In this document: positions 51,465 to 59,837 of the stretch, piece by piece
Layout: every line of letters starts with the position of its first letter
How positions within the stretch are numbered: position 1 is the stretch's first letter
NCBI GenBank assembly: GCA_018304105.1
Contig: JAGVWX010000019.1
Location: forward strand, 1,411 to 65,410
Length of the DNA stretch: 64,000 bases
Reading direction: 5' to 3'
Source of the DNA: Candidatus Pacearchaeota archaeon
GTDB taxonomy: Archaea > Nanobdellota > Nanobdellia > Pacearchaeales > GW2011-AR1
Translations under genes and position numbers: made by a program
The notes under the pieces: model-generated
What the model was told of the DNA's origin: nothing
The model's input: the letters and a program-made list of their open reading frames with translations, nothing else
Databases searched by the model: none

Positions 51465-51933
51465 TAAATTTAAGTCGAATTATTTATCGCAAACAATTCT
51501 AATTTTTTGTAGGTTTAGGATTCCCTCCCCGATTTGACTTTTCAATGGAGTTTGAAAGTTCGCAAAATATTTAAAGGCAAATAGCCGAGGATAATTGTTT
51601 TAAACGAACTCGGTATACTGAGATATACTACTAAAGAAGGGCGTGTTAACACTGTTCCCATTGAGAAGTTACAACAAACCGAAAAGTTTAAATACCTTTT
51701 ATGACTCTATTTACTATCACCTCTTTTTGCCCGGGAGAGGACGTTTAGTTCATCTATTTTAGCTTGAATTAAACCTCCTCTTCAAGGGTTTGAATTTTGT
51801 TATAAATCTCCAACAAATCATATTTCTTAAGAAGAAAATGATGGCATCCGGTCTAGAATCCGGCACTACATCTTTTTTATTTTTATTCTTTTATAATTAA
51901 TTTATCTAGAAAATACTCTTTTTGCCCGGAAGA

Positions 51934-52287
51934 CTAATATTGATAGTCGTAAATTGCCGCGATTGGTCTAGCATGCATTTGAAGATAAGACATTTGGTAA
52001 GAGTAAGGATAACGAACCATCATTAATTTTGGCCGCTCGACTTTAACTCTGGCTTCGCGGACTTGAACTATTTTGGTTGTGATTGGGCATGACATTGCGT
52101 CACAATATGTTCGGTAAGCGTTGAACGGGGTGTAGAAAATGTCTGCTTTTGGGGCAAAATCTGGATGGAGATACATTGAGTCGTCATAGTTTTGGATGTT
52201 AGTTGAAGAAGTTTGAGTGTAATAATCTGCTGAAGCAAAGCCCGAAAGCAGAATTAACGTGAATACGAGGAGCATTGCTTTTTTCAT
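51934..52287 (-). CDS. small secreted protein
   Basis: 117 aa. Signal peptide (MLLVFTLILLSGFASA), Tyr-rich mature part. Confidence 0.55.
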   Translation of the reverse strand: MKKAMLLVFTLILLSGFASADYYTQTSSTNIQNYDDSMYLHPDFAPKADIFYTPFNAYRTYCDAMSCPITTKIVQVREARVKVERPKLMMVRYPYSYQMSYLQMHARPIAAIYDYQY

Positions 52288-52421
52288 CTCGTTTTAAGAG
52301 CCAAGGAGTTAATAAAGATAATTGTGATTTTTTATGCATATTTGTTGTCATTCAAATTGATGAAAAAACAGAAGGAACCGAAAGTCCATAGAATTAATAA
52401 GTTAAAAATGCATAAAGCTGT

Positions 52422-52955
52422 ATGAAAAAAACAATTATCGTTTTGGCTTTGCTGGTAGTTTTAGTCCTTGTCTTGTTTAATTATACTCCTGTCGGGAGCT
52501 GGGTTAACAGTGTTCTGGAGAGCGGTGTGGCCCGATGGGGATACATTGGACTTTTTATTTTGGTTTTTATTTTGGAGTTTGTGCCTCAGCCTTTGATAAG
52601 CTCGCTTTTGCCGGTTTCTGCGGGGCTCTTTCTTAAATTGAATTTTACGTATGTCCTTCTTATTTCAGTGGTGGCCGCTGTGCTCTCAAATTATTTTTCA
52701 TATTTTTTTGGGAGAGTTTACGGAGAGCCAATCGCCCGTTATTTTGTAAGCGAGAAGAATTATCTTAAAACTAAACAGTGGTTTGAGAAATATGGAATTA
52801 AAGCATTTTTTGTCCTTGCGCTTTTACCTTTACCATATTTTCCGATAATGGCCGGAATTTTTAATATCAAACCGAGGGAACTTACTATTTATGCGATTAT
52901 ACCAAGGATATTCCATTTTGTTATTTTCACTTACCTGATATCGCTGGTGGTGTAA
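52422..52955 (+). CDS. DedA/VTT-domain family membrane protein
   Basis: 177 aa. GYIGLFILVFILEFVPQP and YFFGRVYGEPIARYF are typical of DedA/SNARE-associated proteins. Confidence 0.55.
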   Translation: MKKTIIVLALLVVLVLVLFNYTPVGSWVNSVLESGVARWGYIGLFILVFILEFVPQPLISSLLPVSAGLFLKLNFTYVLLISVVAAVLSNYFSYFFGRVYGEPIARYFVSEKNYLKTKQWFEKYGIKAFFVLALLPLPYFPIMAGIFNIKPRELTIYAIIPRIFHFVIFTYLISLVV

Positions 52956-52966
52956 AAATAGTTAAA

Positions 52967-53245
52967 TTGGAGATAGATAGAATAAAGATGAAAAAAAGGC
53001 AAGTAACGAAAGTTCTTTTGATTGCGGCAGTTGTTGCAGTGACGCTTTTTATTGTTTTTAATGTCAACGCTTTTTTGAGAATGAAAGATTTTCGAGGGGT
53101 AACCAAGGCAGCATGCGGGAACTTTGTTGAAGGCGATAATTGTGAATTTACTTTGAGGAACGCGATAATAAACGGGAGCTGCGTCAAGGAAAAAAATGGC
53201 GAATTGACATGCAGGCCCAGCGATCCGGTATTCAGAAAAAAGTGA
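52967..53245 (+). CDS. small single-pass membrane/secreted protein
   Basis: 92-aa ORF (start possibly the MKKRQ Met at 52988). One TM helix, four Cys in the C-terminal part. Confidence 0.4.
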   Translation: MEIDRIKMKKRQVTKVLLIAAVVAVTLFIVFNVNAFLRMKDFRGVTKAACGNFVEGDNCEFTLRNAIINGSCVKEKNGELTCRPSDPVFRKK

Positions 53246-53381
53246 GTTAAGCTGCGTTGTTAAAAATTTATTCAAAAATGCGAAGGTTCTGTTGAAAATC
53301 TATTTTAGCTGGTTTATAGAAAAGTTTTGATTATTATAATTGACCAAGATATCTGGCTTTTAATAGAGTATATTTTTTTTA

Positions 53382-54827
53382 TTAGTATTCTCTTCGCCTT
53401 TCTCTTCTTGCCTGACCTCTAGACTGTCCGTCTGAAGAACTGCTTGACTGAGTACGTTCCCGGCTTCTGTAGGTACTGCTTTTGTTGTTTTTGTAGCCTC
53501 CGTCGCTGTGACCGCTTTCACTTTTGCCATAGCTGCTTTTATTGCTTCCACTGTAGCTCCCACTGCGATTGCTGCCGCCATAACCGCCCCTGCTGCCACT
53601 TCTTTGACTTCCACCACCGCCGCCATAGCTTCTTCCTCCACCGGATGAACTTCTGCTATAGCCTTGCCTTCTATTCATTCTTTCGCCTCTTTTCTCAGGC
53701 ATCCAACGAATTCTTGTGCGTTCGATGTAAGGGGGTTCTTCTTTTTTGATGTTAAAGTCACCCAGCATAATTTCCTGGAAGTTTTCGTAGTCGCGGCTGG
53801 ATACAAGATTTATGACTTTGCCTTCTTTGCCTGCTCTTGCTGTTCTTCCGATTCTATGGGTGTATTCTTCGATTGACTTTGGAGAGTCGTAGTTATAAAT
53901 GTGCGAGACGCCTTTGATGTCTAATCCACGAGCAGCGACGTCGGTCGCAACTAAAATGTGAACTCTTTTAGCGTGAAAATCTGCAATCATTTTGGTTCTT
54001 TTTTCCTGCGAGAAACCGCCATGTAATGGAAGGGTATCAATGCCGTTGAATCTTAAGTTTTTTACGACGAAGTCAACGTTTTTTCTGGTGTTGCAAAAGA
54101 CCATAACTAGATTTGACTTTTCGTTTTCAAGCAGATGTTTCAGAAGGGAATATTTCAAATTGTTGTCAATATCGTAGTAAACCTGCTCGAGTTTTGTCGG
54201 GTCGACGTATGGCTGTGCATTAATTTCGACGGGGCTTTTCATGTGTCTTTTTGAAAGGAATGAAATGTCTGGGGAGATTGTTGCGGAGAATAGCATGGTT
54301 TGTCTTTCTTGCGGGCATTCTGAAACGATTCTGATTACGTCGTCGCGGAAACCCATGTCGAGCATTCTGTCCGCTTCATCCAGAACTAAAGTATTAATGT
54401 GAGAAAGGTCGATTGATCTTTTGTTTATGTGGTCGAGAATTCTTCCTGGGGTGCCAATTACAATATCCGCAGTTTCTAGTTTTCTCACTTGATTTTCAAA
54501 AGAAACGCCACCATAAACTGCGAGAATTTCGAGATGTTTTGGCTCTGAGAATTCTGAAATTTCTTTTGCGATTTGTTCTGCGAGTTCACGAGTTGGAGTT
54601 AAGACGAGCCCTTTGATTCCGTGGTTTTTTGTAGCATTGTTTATCAGGCCTGCAGCGAATGCGAGAGTTTTTCCAGAGCCCGTTGAAGCTCCGCCGATTA
54701 CATCTTTTCCTTCTAAGATTAGCGGTATTGCCTTCTCTTGTATTTCTGTTGGTTCTTGGAAGCCTCTTGCCCGAATTGTTTTAAGCAAAGGACTATCTTT
54801 TCCCAATAGTTGTTCGAATTTATCCAT
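53382..54827 (-). CDS. DEAD-box ATP-dependent RNA helicase with C-terminal RGG/Ser/Tyr-rich tail
   Basis: Q-motif region GFQEPTEIQ, motif I ASTGSGKT, PTRELA, VLDEADRMLDMGF, SAT, HRIGRTARAG. The last ~110 aa are low-complexity G/S/R/Y. Confidence 0.9.
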   Translation of the reverse strand: MDKFEQLLGKDSPLLKTIRARGFQEPTEIQEKAIPLILEGKDVIGGASTGSGKTLAFAAGLINNATKNHGIKGLVLTPTRELAEQIAKEISEFSEPKHLEILAVYGGVSFENQVRKLETADIVIGTPGRILDHINKRSIDLSHINTLVLDEADRMLDMGFRDDVIRIVSECPQERQTMLFSATISPDISFLSKRHMKSPVEINAQPYVDPTKLEQVYYDIDNNLKYSLLKHLLENEKSNLVMVFCNTRKNVDFVVKNLRFNGIDTLPLHGGFSQEKRTKMIADFHAKRVHILVATDVAARGLDIKGVSHIYNYDSPKSIEEYTHRIGRTARAGKEGKVINLVSSRDYENFQEIMLGDFNIKKEEPPYIERTRIRWMPEKRGERMNRRQGYSRSSSGGGRSYGGGGGSQRSGSRGGYGGSNRSGSYSGSNKSSYGKSESGHSDGGYKNNKSSTYRSRERTQSSSSSDGQSRGQARRERRREY

Positions 54828-55050
54828 GTAATATTAATAGTTAAGAAATAGCAAACGTATTTCTTTAACAGTTTAATAAACTAATTTGTAAAAGAGGGTT
54901 TTTATGTGTTGCGGTTATGTAATTTTGTTGAAAATCTTTTTTTGTGAGTTGTTTGTACCCGCCCCAGTCACTAAAAATATTATACTATCACCCCGGACCG
55001 AGAAAGATGAGTTTTCTATTTTTTGGTCAGACTTTTGCGTTCTGTAAAAT

Positions 55051-55593
55051 TTATTCGTCTTTATGGCTCCTGTCCCAGATTATTTTTTTGTTCAGATTGT
55101 AGAGGCCCATTTTTTCCATGCCTTCGAATTGTTCATCGGAAAATTCGACGTATTGGATTTTGAAATTGTACTTTCCGTCTATTTCCTTGATAATTGCAGT
55201 CACCTTGTCAGAAGGAACGGGGTTGCCGACAATTATTATCTTTGCCCCGTCATCTGTTTTAGACTCAAGAATTATTTTTTTTATCTTCGGAATTTCTTTT
55301 ATCTTTTCTATGAAATCTGTGATGTGTTCTTCTTTTTTCAGGAGGCGATTGAGGGCGATTGTTTTTTCCCCGGGTTTCAACTTGTAGAATTTTGATTTCC
55401 CCATAAGAGTTATTTCTACTATTTCTTTTTTGACAAGCCGTTCTAATATTCTGAGGGTTGTAGCAACGTTGACTTTCGACATCGAAGAAGTTTGTGTCAG
55501 GGAAAAATGTTTTTCCGGTTCATCTAAGAAAATGTTGATAATTTTGATAATTTTTTCGTCAAATAGCTCCCTCAAAACATCTGATTTTTTCAT
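55051..55593 (-). CDS. winged-helix transcriptional regulator with C-terminal domain of unknown function
   Basis: 180 aa. FSLTQTSSMSKVNVATTLRILERLVKKEIV looks like an HTH followed by a wing. Confidence 0.5.
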   Translation of the reverse strand: MKKSDVLRELFDEKIIKIINIFLDEPEKHFSLTQTSSMSKVNVATTLRILERLVKKEIVEITLMGKSKFYKLKPGEKTIALNRLLKKEEHITDFIEKIKEIPKIKKIILESKTDDGAKIIIVGNPVPSDKVTAIIKEIDGKYNFKIQYVEFSDEQFEGMEKMGLYNLNKKIIWDRSHKDE

Positions 55594-55788
55594 GTATTTT
55601 CAGAGTTTTAAGAATATATAAATTTATCATCTTGTATATTTTTTTTGAGAACTTTGCCTGTTTTTTTATTTTTGATGAATTATTTCAAAATTGGAAAACA
55701 GTCCAGGTTTGTGATATTCTTCTTTTACCGACGGTGTTTGGCGAACTCCCTGAAATTTAGTGTTTATGGTGCAGGGCTCTGCGAGCAC

Positions 55789-56961
55789 TTAAACTTTTTT
55801 CAATTGCTTTAAGATTTCATTAAGACTAATTTTCTTAACTGTTGTATGCTTGTCTCCGGCGCCTGAATAAATCAAAATATCGTTTCCTTCAGGAATTGCT
55901 GCGGTCGGGAAAACGACCCTCTTATTTTCAAATGTGACCTCGTATTTTTTTCTTGGGGCAATTATAAATTTTTTAGTTTTTGCAATCAGTTTTTCTGGGT
56001 TGTTTAATTTGAAGAGGGCAGCACCAACTGAGTAAATGGCTATTTTCTTCATTGCTTCTTTCTTTAGTTTTGATAATTTTTTAAGCAGATTTTCCGGGGA
56101 GTTTATCATTTTTTTTATATTTGTTAAAATTTCTTCTTCGCTTTCCTGGGATTCGGTTACTGCGTGATACAATAGCAGCCATCCTTTTTTTGTTTTGATT
56201 GGCGGCGGGCCTGCGCCGTTTCTTGGGCAGAATCCTGCTTCTTCGTAGACGCAGTCGATAGGTTTTAAGTCGCCCCAAGAAACTAAATCGTTTGAGTACG
56301 CAATCCAAATATGGGGCTGGGTGAACTGAAAAGAGCCCTCTGGGCGGTTGAATGCGACATATCTTCCGTTGACTTTTTCGGGGAAGACAACAACGTCTTT
56401 GTCTTGCTCACCGAAGATTATCCCTTTTCGTTCCCAGTTCAGGCAGTCGTAAGAAGTAGCTATTGCAGTTGAAATGTTTTGTTCGATGGAAAGACTTACA
56501 TATGTCATAACGTAAAGATTGTTTATTTTTGTAATTCTTGGGTCCTCAATTCCGAGTTCGCCGTCTGCTGCAGTTCCGAAGAAACTTGGTTTTTTATCAA
56601 TTGAAATAATTTTGAAACCGGATTTGTCCAGCATGATTTTTCTCAAATGGGAGACGAATGTTAGTCTTTTTGTGCCGTCGCCGAATACAAAATCAAGGTC
56701 AGTGTTGGTGGTTACTTTTTCTCTTTTGAATTTGTCTATTTTAACCTTGAATTTGTTTTTTCCGACCATGCGCGGAGAGTAAAAGTATTTTTTGTCTTCT
56801 GTTTTTTTTAGCTTTTCTATCACTCTGACATAAGCAATTATTTTTCCATCCGGGAGTCTTACTGCTCCGGGATTGAGCACTCCGAGAACTTTGAATTTAT
56901 TTGACGATGGCTTTATGTCTTTTGGAGATAGAAGTATCGCCTCTTTCTTTACTTTTATCAT
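55789..56961 (-). CDS. GH130 family glycoside hydrolase/phosphorylase-like protein
   Basis: 390 aa. GVLNPGAVRLPDGKI..YVRV, GIEDPRITKINNLYVMTY and later beta-propeller-type repeats match the GH130/DUF377 pattern. Confidence 0.7.
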   Translation of the reverse strand: MIKVKKEAILLSPKDIKPSSNKFKVLGVLNPGAVRLPDGKIIAYVRVIEKLKKTEDKKYFYSPRMVGKNKFKVKIDKFKREKVTTNTDLDFVFGDGTKRLTFVSHLRKIMLDKSGFKIISIDKKPSFFGTAADGELGIEDPRITKINNLYVMTYVSLSIEQNISTAIATSYDCLNWERKGIIFGEQDKDVVVFPEKVNGRYVAFNRPEGSFQFTQPHIWIAYSNDLVSWGDLKPIDCVYEEAGFCPRNGAGPPPIKTKKGWLLLYHAVTESQESEEEILTNIKKMINSPENLLKKLSKLKKEAMKKIAIYSVGAALFKLNNPEKLIAKTKKFIIAPRKKYEVTFENKRVVFPTAAIPEGNDILIYSGAGDKHTTVKKISLNEILKQLKKV

Positions 56962-57006
56962 TTTTTTAAAAGTGGACTTTAAAGTATATAAACGTAGCGG
57001 GGCATT

Positions 57007-57594
57007 CTAATTGGCCGTGTAGAATAGGAGGCCGTTGATTATTGTAATCTCTAAAATTATCCAAACTCCTGAAGTAATCATAACTATTTTGTTTTTGTAA
57101 TAAAGCCCGTATCCAAACCATGCTGCGGCTATTGCAAGATAGGCACCCCAATAGACGATTGAAATTCCTGAAGCTATTCCCATATAGAAAATTTTCCAGG
57201 CCTGGATTATTGCGAAAGTCATGCTCAAAAAGCTTATGATGTATGTAAATTTATTAAATTCTTTTTTTGATTGCTCTTTTCGCAAAAGCACGGATTCATT
57301 TATTCTTTCTACATCTCCTTCGATATTCTTTCCAGTGAATTTTTTTGTAGCTTTTAGTTTTCTGTCTTTTTGAAATACTGTCGCCACTAAGACTGCTGAC
57401 GTGGTCGCAAGTAATAGCATTGAAAAGAATATTGGGCTTGTAAGACCTGCCGCCGGCAGCGCAACTTCAGGAGATAAAAAGATATTTTGAGGAGCAAGGA
57501 ATAAAAAAACCGCCCCCAATGTATAAGCAATAAGAGAAACTACTGGCAGAACCTGCCTCTTTTTTTTGTCTTGGTTGTTCTCATCATTACTCAT
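57007..57594 (-). CDS. integral membrane protein
   Basis: 195 aa, five to six hydrophobic helices. No family recognised. Confidence 0.55.
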   Translation of the reverse strand: MSNDENNQDKKKRQVLPVVSLIAYTLGAVFLFLAPQNIFLSPEVALPAAGLTSPIFFSMLLLATTSAVLVATVFQKDRKLKATKKFTGKNIEGDVERINESVLLRKEQSKKEFNKFTYIISFLSMTFAIIQAWKIFYMGIASGISIVYWGAYLAIAAAWFGYGLYYKNKIVMITSGVWIILEITIINGLLFYTAN

Positions 57595-57723
57595 CTCTTT
57601 TTTTAGTTAATCGGGATTTATAAAATTGTTGATGTTATTGGGTTGCTTCATTGATGCGGCCATAACGTGTTTCAGGCGATTTTGCCTTCGGGGATTTCTA
57701 TGTCTGGAAAACATTTAAATAGG

Positions 57724-57743
57724 GTATATACATAAGTATATAC
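57724..57743. promoter_or_regulatory. tandem 8-bp palindromes between TATA box and ATG (candidate operator)
   Basis: gtatatac-ataa-gtatatac. Lies between the TATA catttaaatagg and the ATG at 57746. Confidence 0.4.
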
Positions 57744-57745
57744 TA

Positions 57746-57952
57746 ATGGCACAAGAGCGGATTGAAAAAAATTTCGAGAAACTCAAGAAACAACTTGAAG
57801 GGCTGAGCAAGGAACTTGAGAAGTTTGTTCCTTATGCGATTGTAAAGGAAACGAGCGCCTTCGGGAATTCGTCGCACATTGTTCTTTCAAAGAATTTTCT
57901 GGATAAAAAAGTCGGCGTGATAATCTTGGGAGACAAGGGGGAAGAACGATGA
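57746..57952 (+). CDS. AbrB/SpoVT-like small DNA-binding protein (DUF2080-like)
   Basis: 68 aa. KETSAFGNSSHIVLSKNFLDKKVGVIIL resembles the swapped-hairpin AbrB/MazE-type motif. Confidence 0.4.
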   Translation: MAQERIEKNFEKLKKQLEGLSKELEKFVPYAIVKETSAFGNSSHIVLSKNFLDKKVGVIILGDKGEER

Positions 57953-58158
57953 TTCATTTTAATGAAGCAATGAATAATTATAAGGGGGTTTGGCATGATA
58001 TTTTCAATCAGTGAGTACCTTGGATTCGACGATGACGAGATTTTAAGAATTTTCCGAGAGGAAGATATTGAAATTTCTGCAATCAGAGAGCCTCAAGAAT
58101 TCCAGCAAGCATTTTCCGTTCAAAGAAACTAAAAATTTTGTTTTTATTTTCTGTTAAT

Positions 58159-58368
58159 TTATTTTTCTGTGAATTCTGTGTAGTGGCATTTGCCGCAATA
58201 GGCTCTGCCTTTGTGTTCGGCAAGAAATGTTCCTGGGCCGCATCGCGGGCAGGTTTTCTTTTTCTTCTTCCCGTCCTGGTAGTGTGAGTATTTCTTGCTG
58301 GTTGGCTTGTTTTTGTGTGGCTTCTTGCCTTTCTTTTCTTTTGTTGCTCCGCCCTTTACTGTTGCCAT
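58159..58368 (-). CDS. rps27ae: 30S ribosomal protein S27ae (eS31)
   Basis: 69 aa. Basic N-terminus and the zinc ribbon [22 protein letters not shown]. Confidence 0.9.
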   Translation of the reverse strand: MATVKGGATKEKKGKKPHKNKPTSKKYSHYQDGKKKKKTCPRCGPGTFLAEHKGRAYCGKCHYTEFTEK

Positions 58369-58640
58369 TATGCACTTGCTCCGGATTTTTTTGCTTTTGG
58401 TTTAGGCTCTATTCTTTCTTTGTCTGTCAAGGATTCGTAGATAAAAGCTTCTATCAAAAAGTCGTTTGTGCCGAAATTGTTTTTTATTGATTTGATTGCT
58501 ATGTTGTCCAGTTCGGTCTTGAATTTTTCTGCAAGGTGTTTTTTTGAATCATTGAATCCGGGATTTGAAGCCGAAGGTAACGAAACGAGAAGTTCTCTTC
58601 TTTTAAGCAGGGTGTTTTTGTTTTCGTTCAGGATTTCCAT
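58368..58640 (-). CDS. rps24e: 30S ribosomal protein S24e (eS24)
   Basis: 90 aa. [15 protein letters not shown]...[15 protein letters not shown] fits S24e. Located in the conserved operon position. Confidence 0.8.
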   Translation of the reverse strand: MEILNENKNTLLKRRELLVSLPSASNPGFNDSKKHLAEKFKTELDNIAIKSIKNNFGTNDFLIEAFIYESLTDKERIEPKPKAKKSGASA

Positions 58641-58641
58641 T

Positions 58642-58827
58642 TTATGTTCTTATTGCGTATTCTCCTTTTTCTTTTATTTTTAGCTTTTCTGAGATTTCGG
58701 ATTGTTCTGGGTTTAACATGACAATTTTGCCTTTGAAGGCGTCAGTCGCTTCTTCAGAACCACATTTGGGACATTTCGCCCCTGTGAAAATTGTTTTGCA
58801 TTTTTTACAAGCTTTTTGTTTGGCCAT
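58642..58827 (-). CDS. spt4: transcription elongation factor Spt4 (RpoE'')
   Basis: 61 aa from the internal Met. Zinc ribbon ACKKCKTIFTGAKCPKCGS. Its start overlaps the Rpo7 stop (TAATG). Confidence 0.85.
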   Translation of the reverse strand: MAKQKACKKCKTIFTGAKCPKCGSEEATDAFKGKIVMLNPEQSEISEKLKIKEKGEYAIRT

Positions 58828-59426
58828 TATTTTTTGTTTCCTTTTGTTTTTTTCTCGGATTTTTTGACCGCTTTTTTTGTTGCGGCGTCTTTTTTCTTTT
58901 TTTCTTCTTCCATCCATTTGATTTCTCCCAAGCCTGCTTGCCTCATTGTCAGGCCAATTTTTGGGATGCCGGCTTTATAGCTTATGGCAACGACTCTTGC
59001 CAGGCAGTCATCGCCTTTTCCGAGAGAGCGTTTTGTGGACTTTCCGGAGAGAGTTCCTGTTTTGCTTAATGAAACGTAGTCTTCCATTGTCTGTGAGATG
59101 TGGACCATTCCTCTTGCTGGGCCGATCTGAATGAACGCGCCGAAGTTTGTTATTTCAGAGAGTGTGCCATAAACTAATTCATGGAGTTCTGGTTTCCAGA
59201 CTAAGATTTTGAATTTTGTGTTGTAGTAAGCGGCGCCGTCTCCGGGAATAATCACACCTTCGTCTATTTCATTGATTTCCAAGACTGCTATTGCGTAACC
59301 AAATTCCTTAGTGATTGAACCAATAAAGTTTTCTTTAAGCTGCCTCTCTATTGCTTCGTTGGTTGGCAAACCAAAATGCTTGGGTTCAACCCGAACGTGG
59401 TCTTCAACATCTAATATGTAGAACAT
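58827..59426 (-). CDS. rpo7: DNA-directed RNA polymerase subunit Rpo7 (E')
   Basis: 199 aa. N-terminal MFYILDVEDHVRVEPKHFG, S1 domain GTLSEITNFGAFIQIGPARGMVHISQ, Lys-rich tail. Confidence 0.9.
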   Translation of the reverse strand: MFYILDVEDHVRVEPKHFGLPTNEAIERQLKENFIGSITKEFGYAIAVLEINEIDEGVIIPGDGAAYYNTKFKILVWKPELHELVYGTLSEITNFGAFIQIGPARGMVHISQTMEDYVSLSKTGTLSGKSTKRSLGKGDDCLARVVAISYKAGIPKIGLTMRQAGLGEIKWMEEEKKKKDAATKKAVKKSEKKTKGNKK

Positions 59427-59504
59427 TTTACTCCTTGATATAGTTTTTCAGATAAGTTGGTTTTTAAAGTTTACTGAGTGATGAACTTTATGGAATTAGA
59501 GCGT

Positions 59505-59520
59505 TAAACCTTTAAATAAC
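59505..59520 (+). promoter_or_regulatory. BRE/TATA promoter of the tRNA-Ser transcription unit
   Basis: taaacctttaaataac. The TATA ends ~25 nt before 59545, the first gcccacatggcaca copy, and ~79 nt before the intact tRNA. Confidence 0.5.
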
Positions 59521-59598
59521 GGGAGTTTTAAGCTTTTAGAACAAGCCCACATGGCACACACAAGTTGCGCCATGAGGATAATGAAACACAAAATAATA

Positions 59599-59680
59599 GC
59601 CCACATGGCACAACGGCACTGCGCGAGTCTCGAAAACTCGTTTCCTTCGGGATTTCCAGGTTCGATTCCTGGTGTGGGCG
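59599..59680 (+). tRNA. tRNA-Ser (anticodon CGA)
   Basis: Cloverleaf by eye. Acceptor GCCCACA/TGTGGGC. 3-bp D stem GCA/TGC with a GG-containing loop. Anticodon arm CGAGT-CTCGAAA-ACTCG. Long variable arm tttccTTCGggattt. T arm CCAGG-TTCGATT-CCTGG. Discriminator G. Confidence 0.85.
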
Positions 59681-59742
59681 TTTCTGCTAATCAGGGATAT
59701 CCTCGTTCCTCGGACATACAGGTTCGATTCCTGGTGTGGGCG

Positions 59743-59748
59743 TTTTTT
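59743..59748 (+). terminator. oligo-T terminator after the second tRNA 3'-half copy
   Basis: A T6 run immediately follows the ...ggtgtgggcg copy at 59723-59742. Confidence 0.45.
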
Positions 59749-59837
59749 ACTATTAGTTGGAGAATAAATTTTTGGTACATAGTTTAAATATAAGTTCGCA
59801 TTATTGATGTAAAGAGAAAATTAGGAGAAAATAGAAA

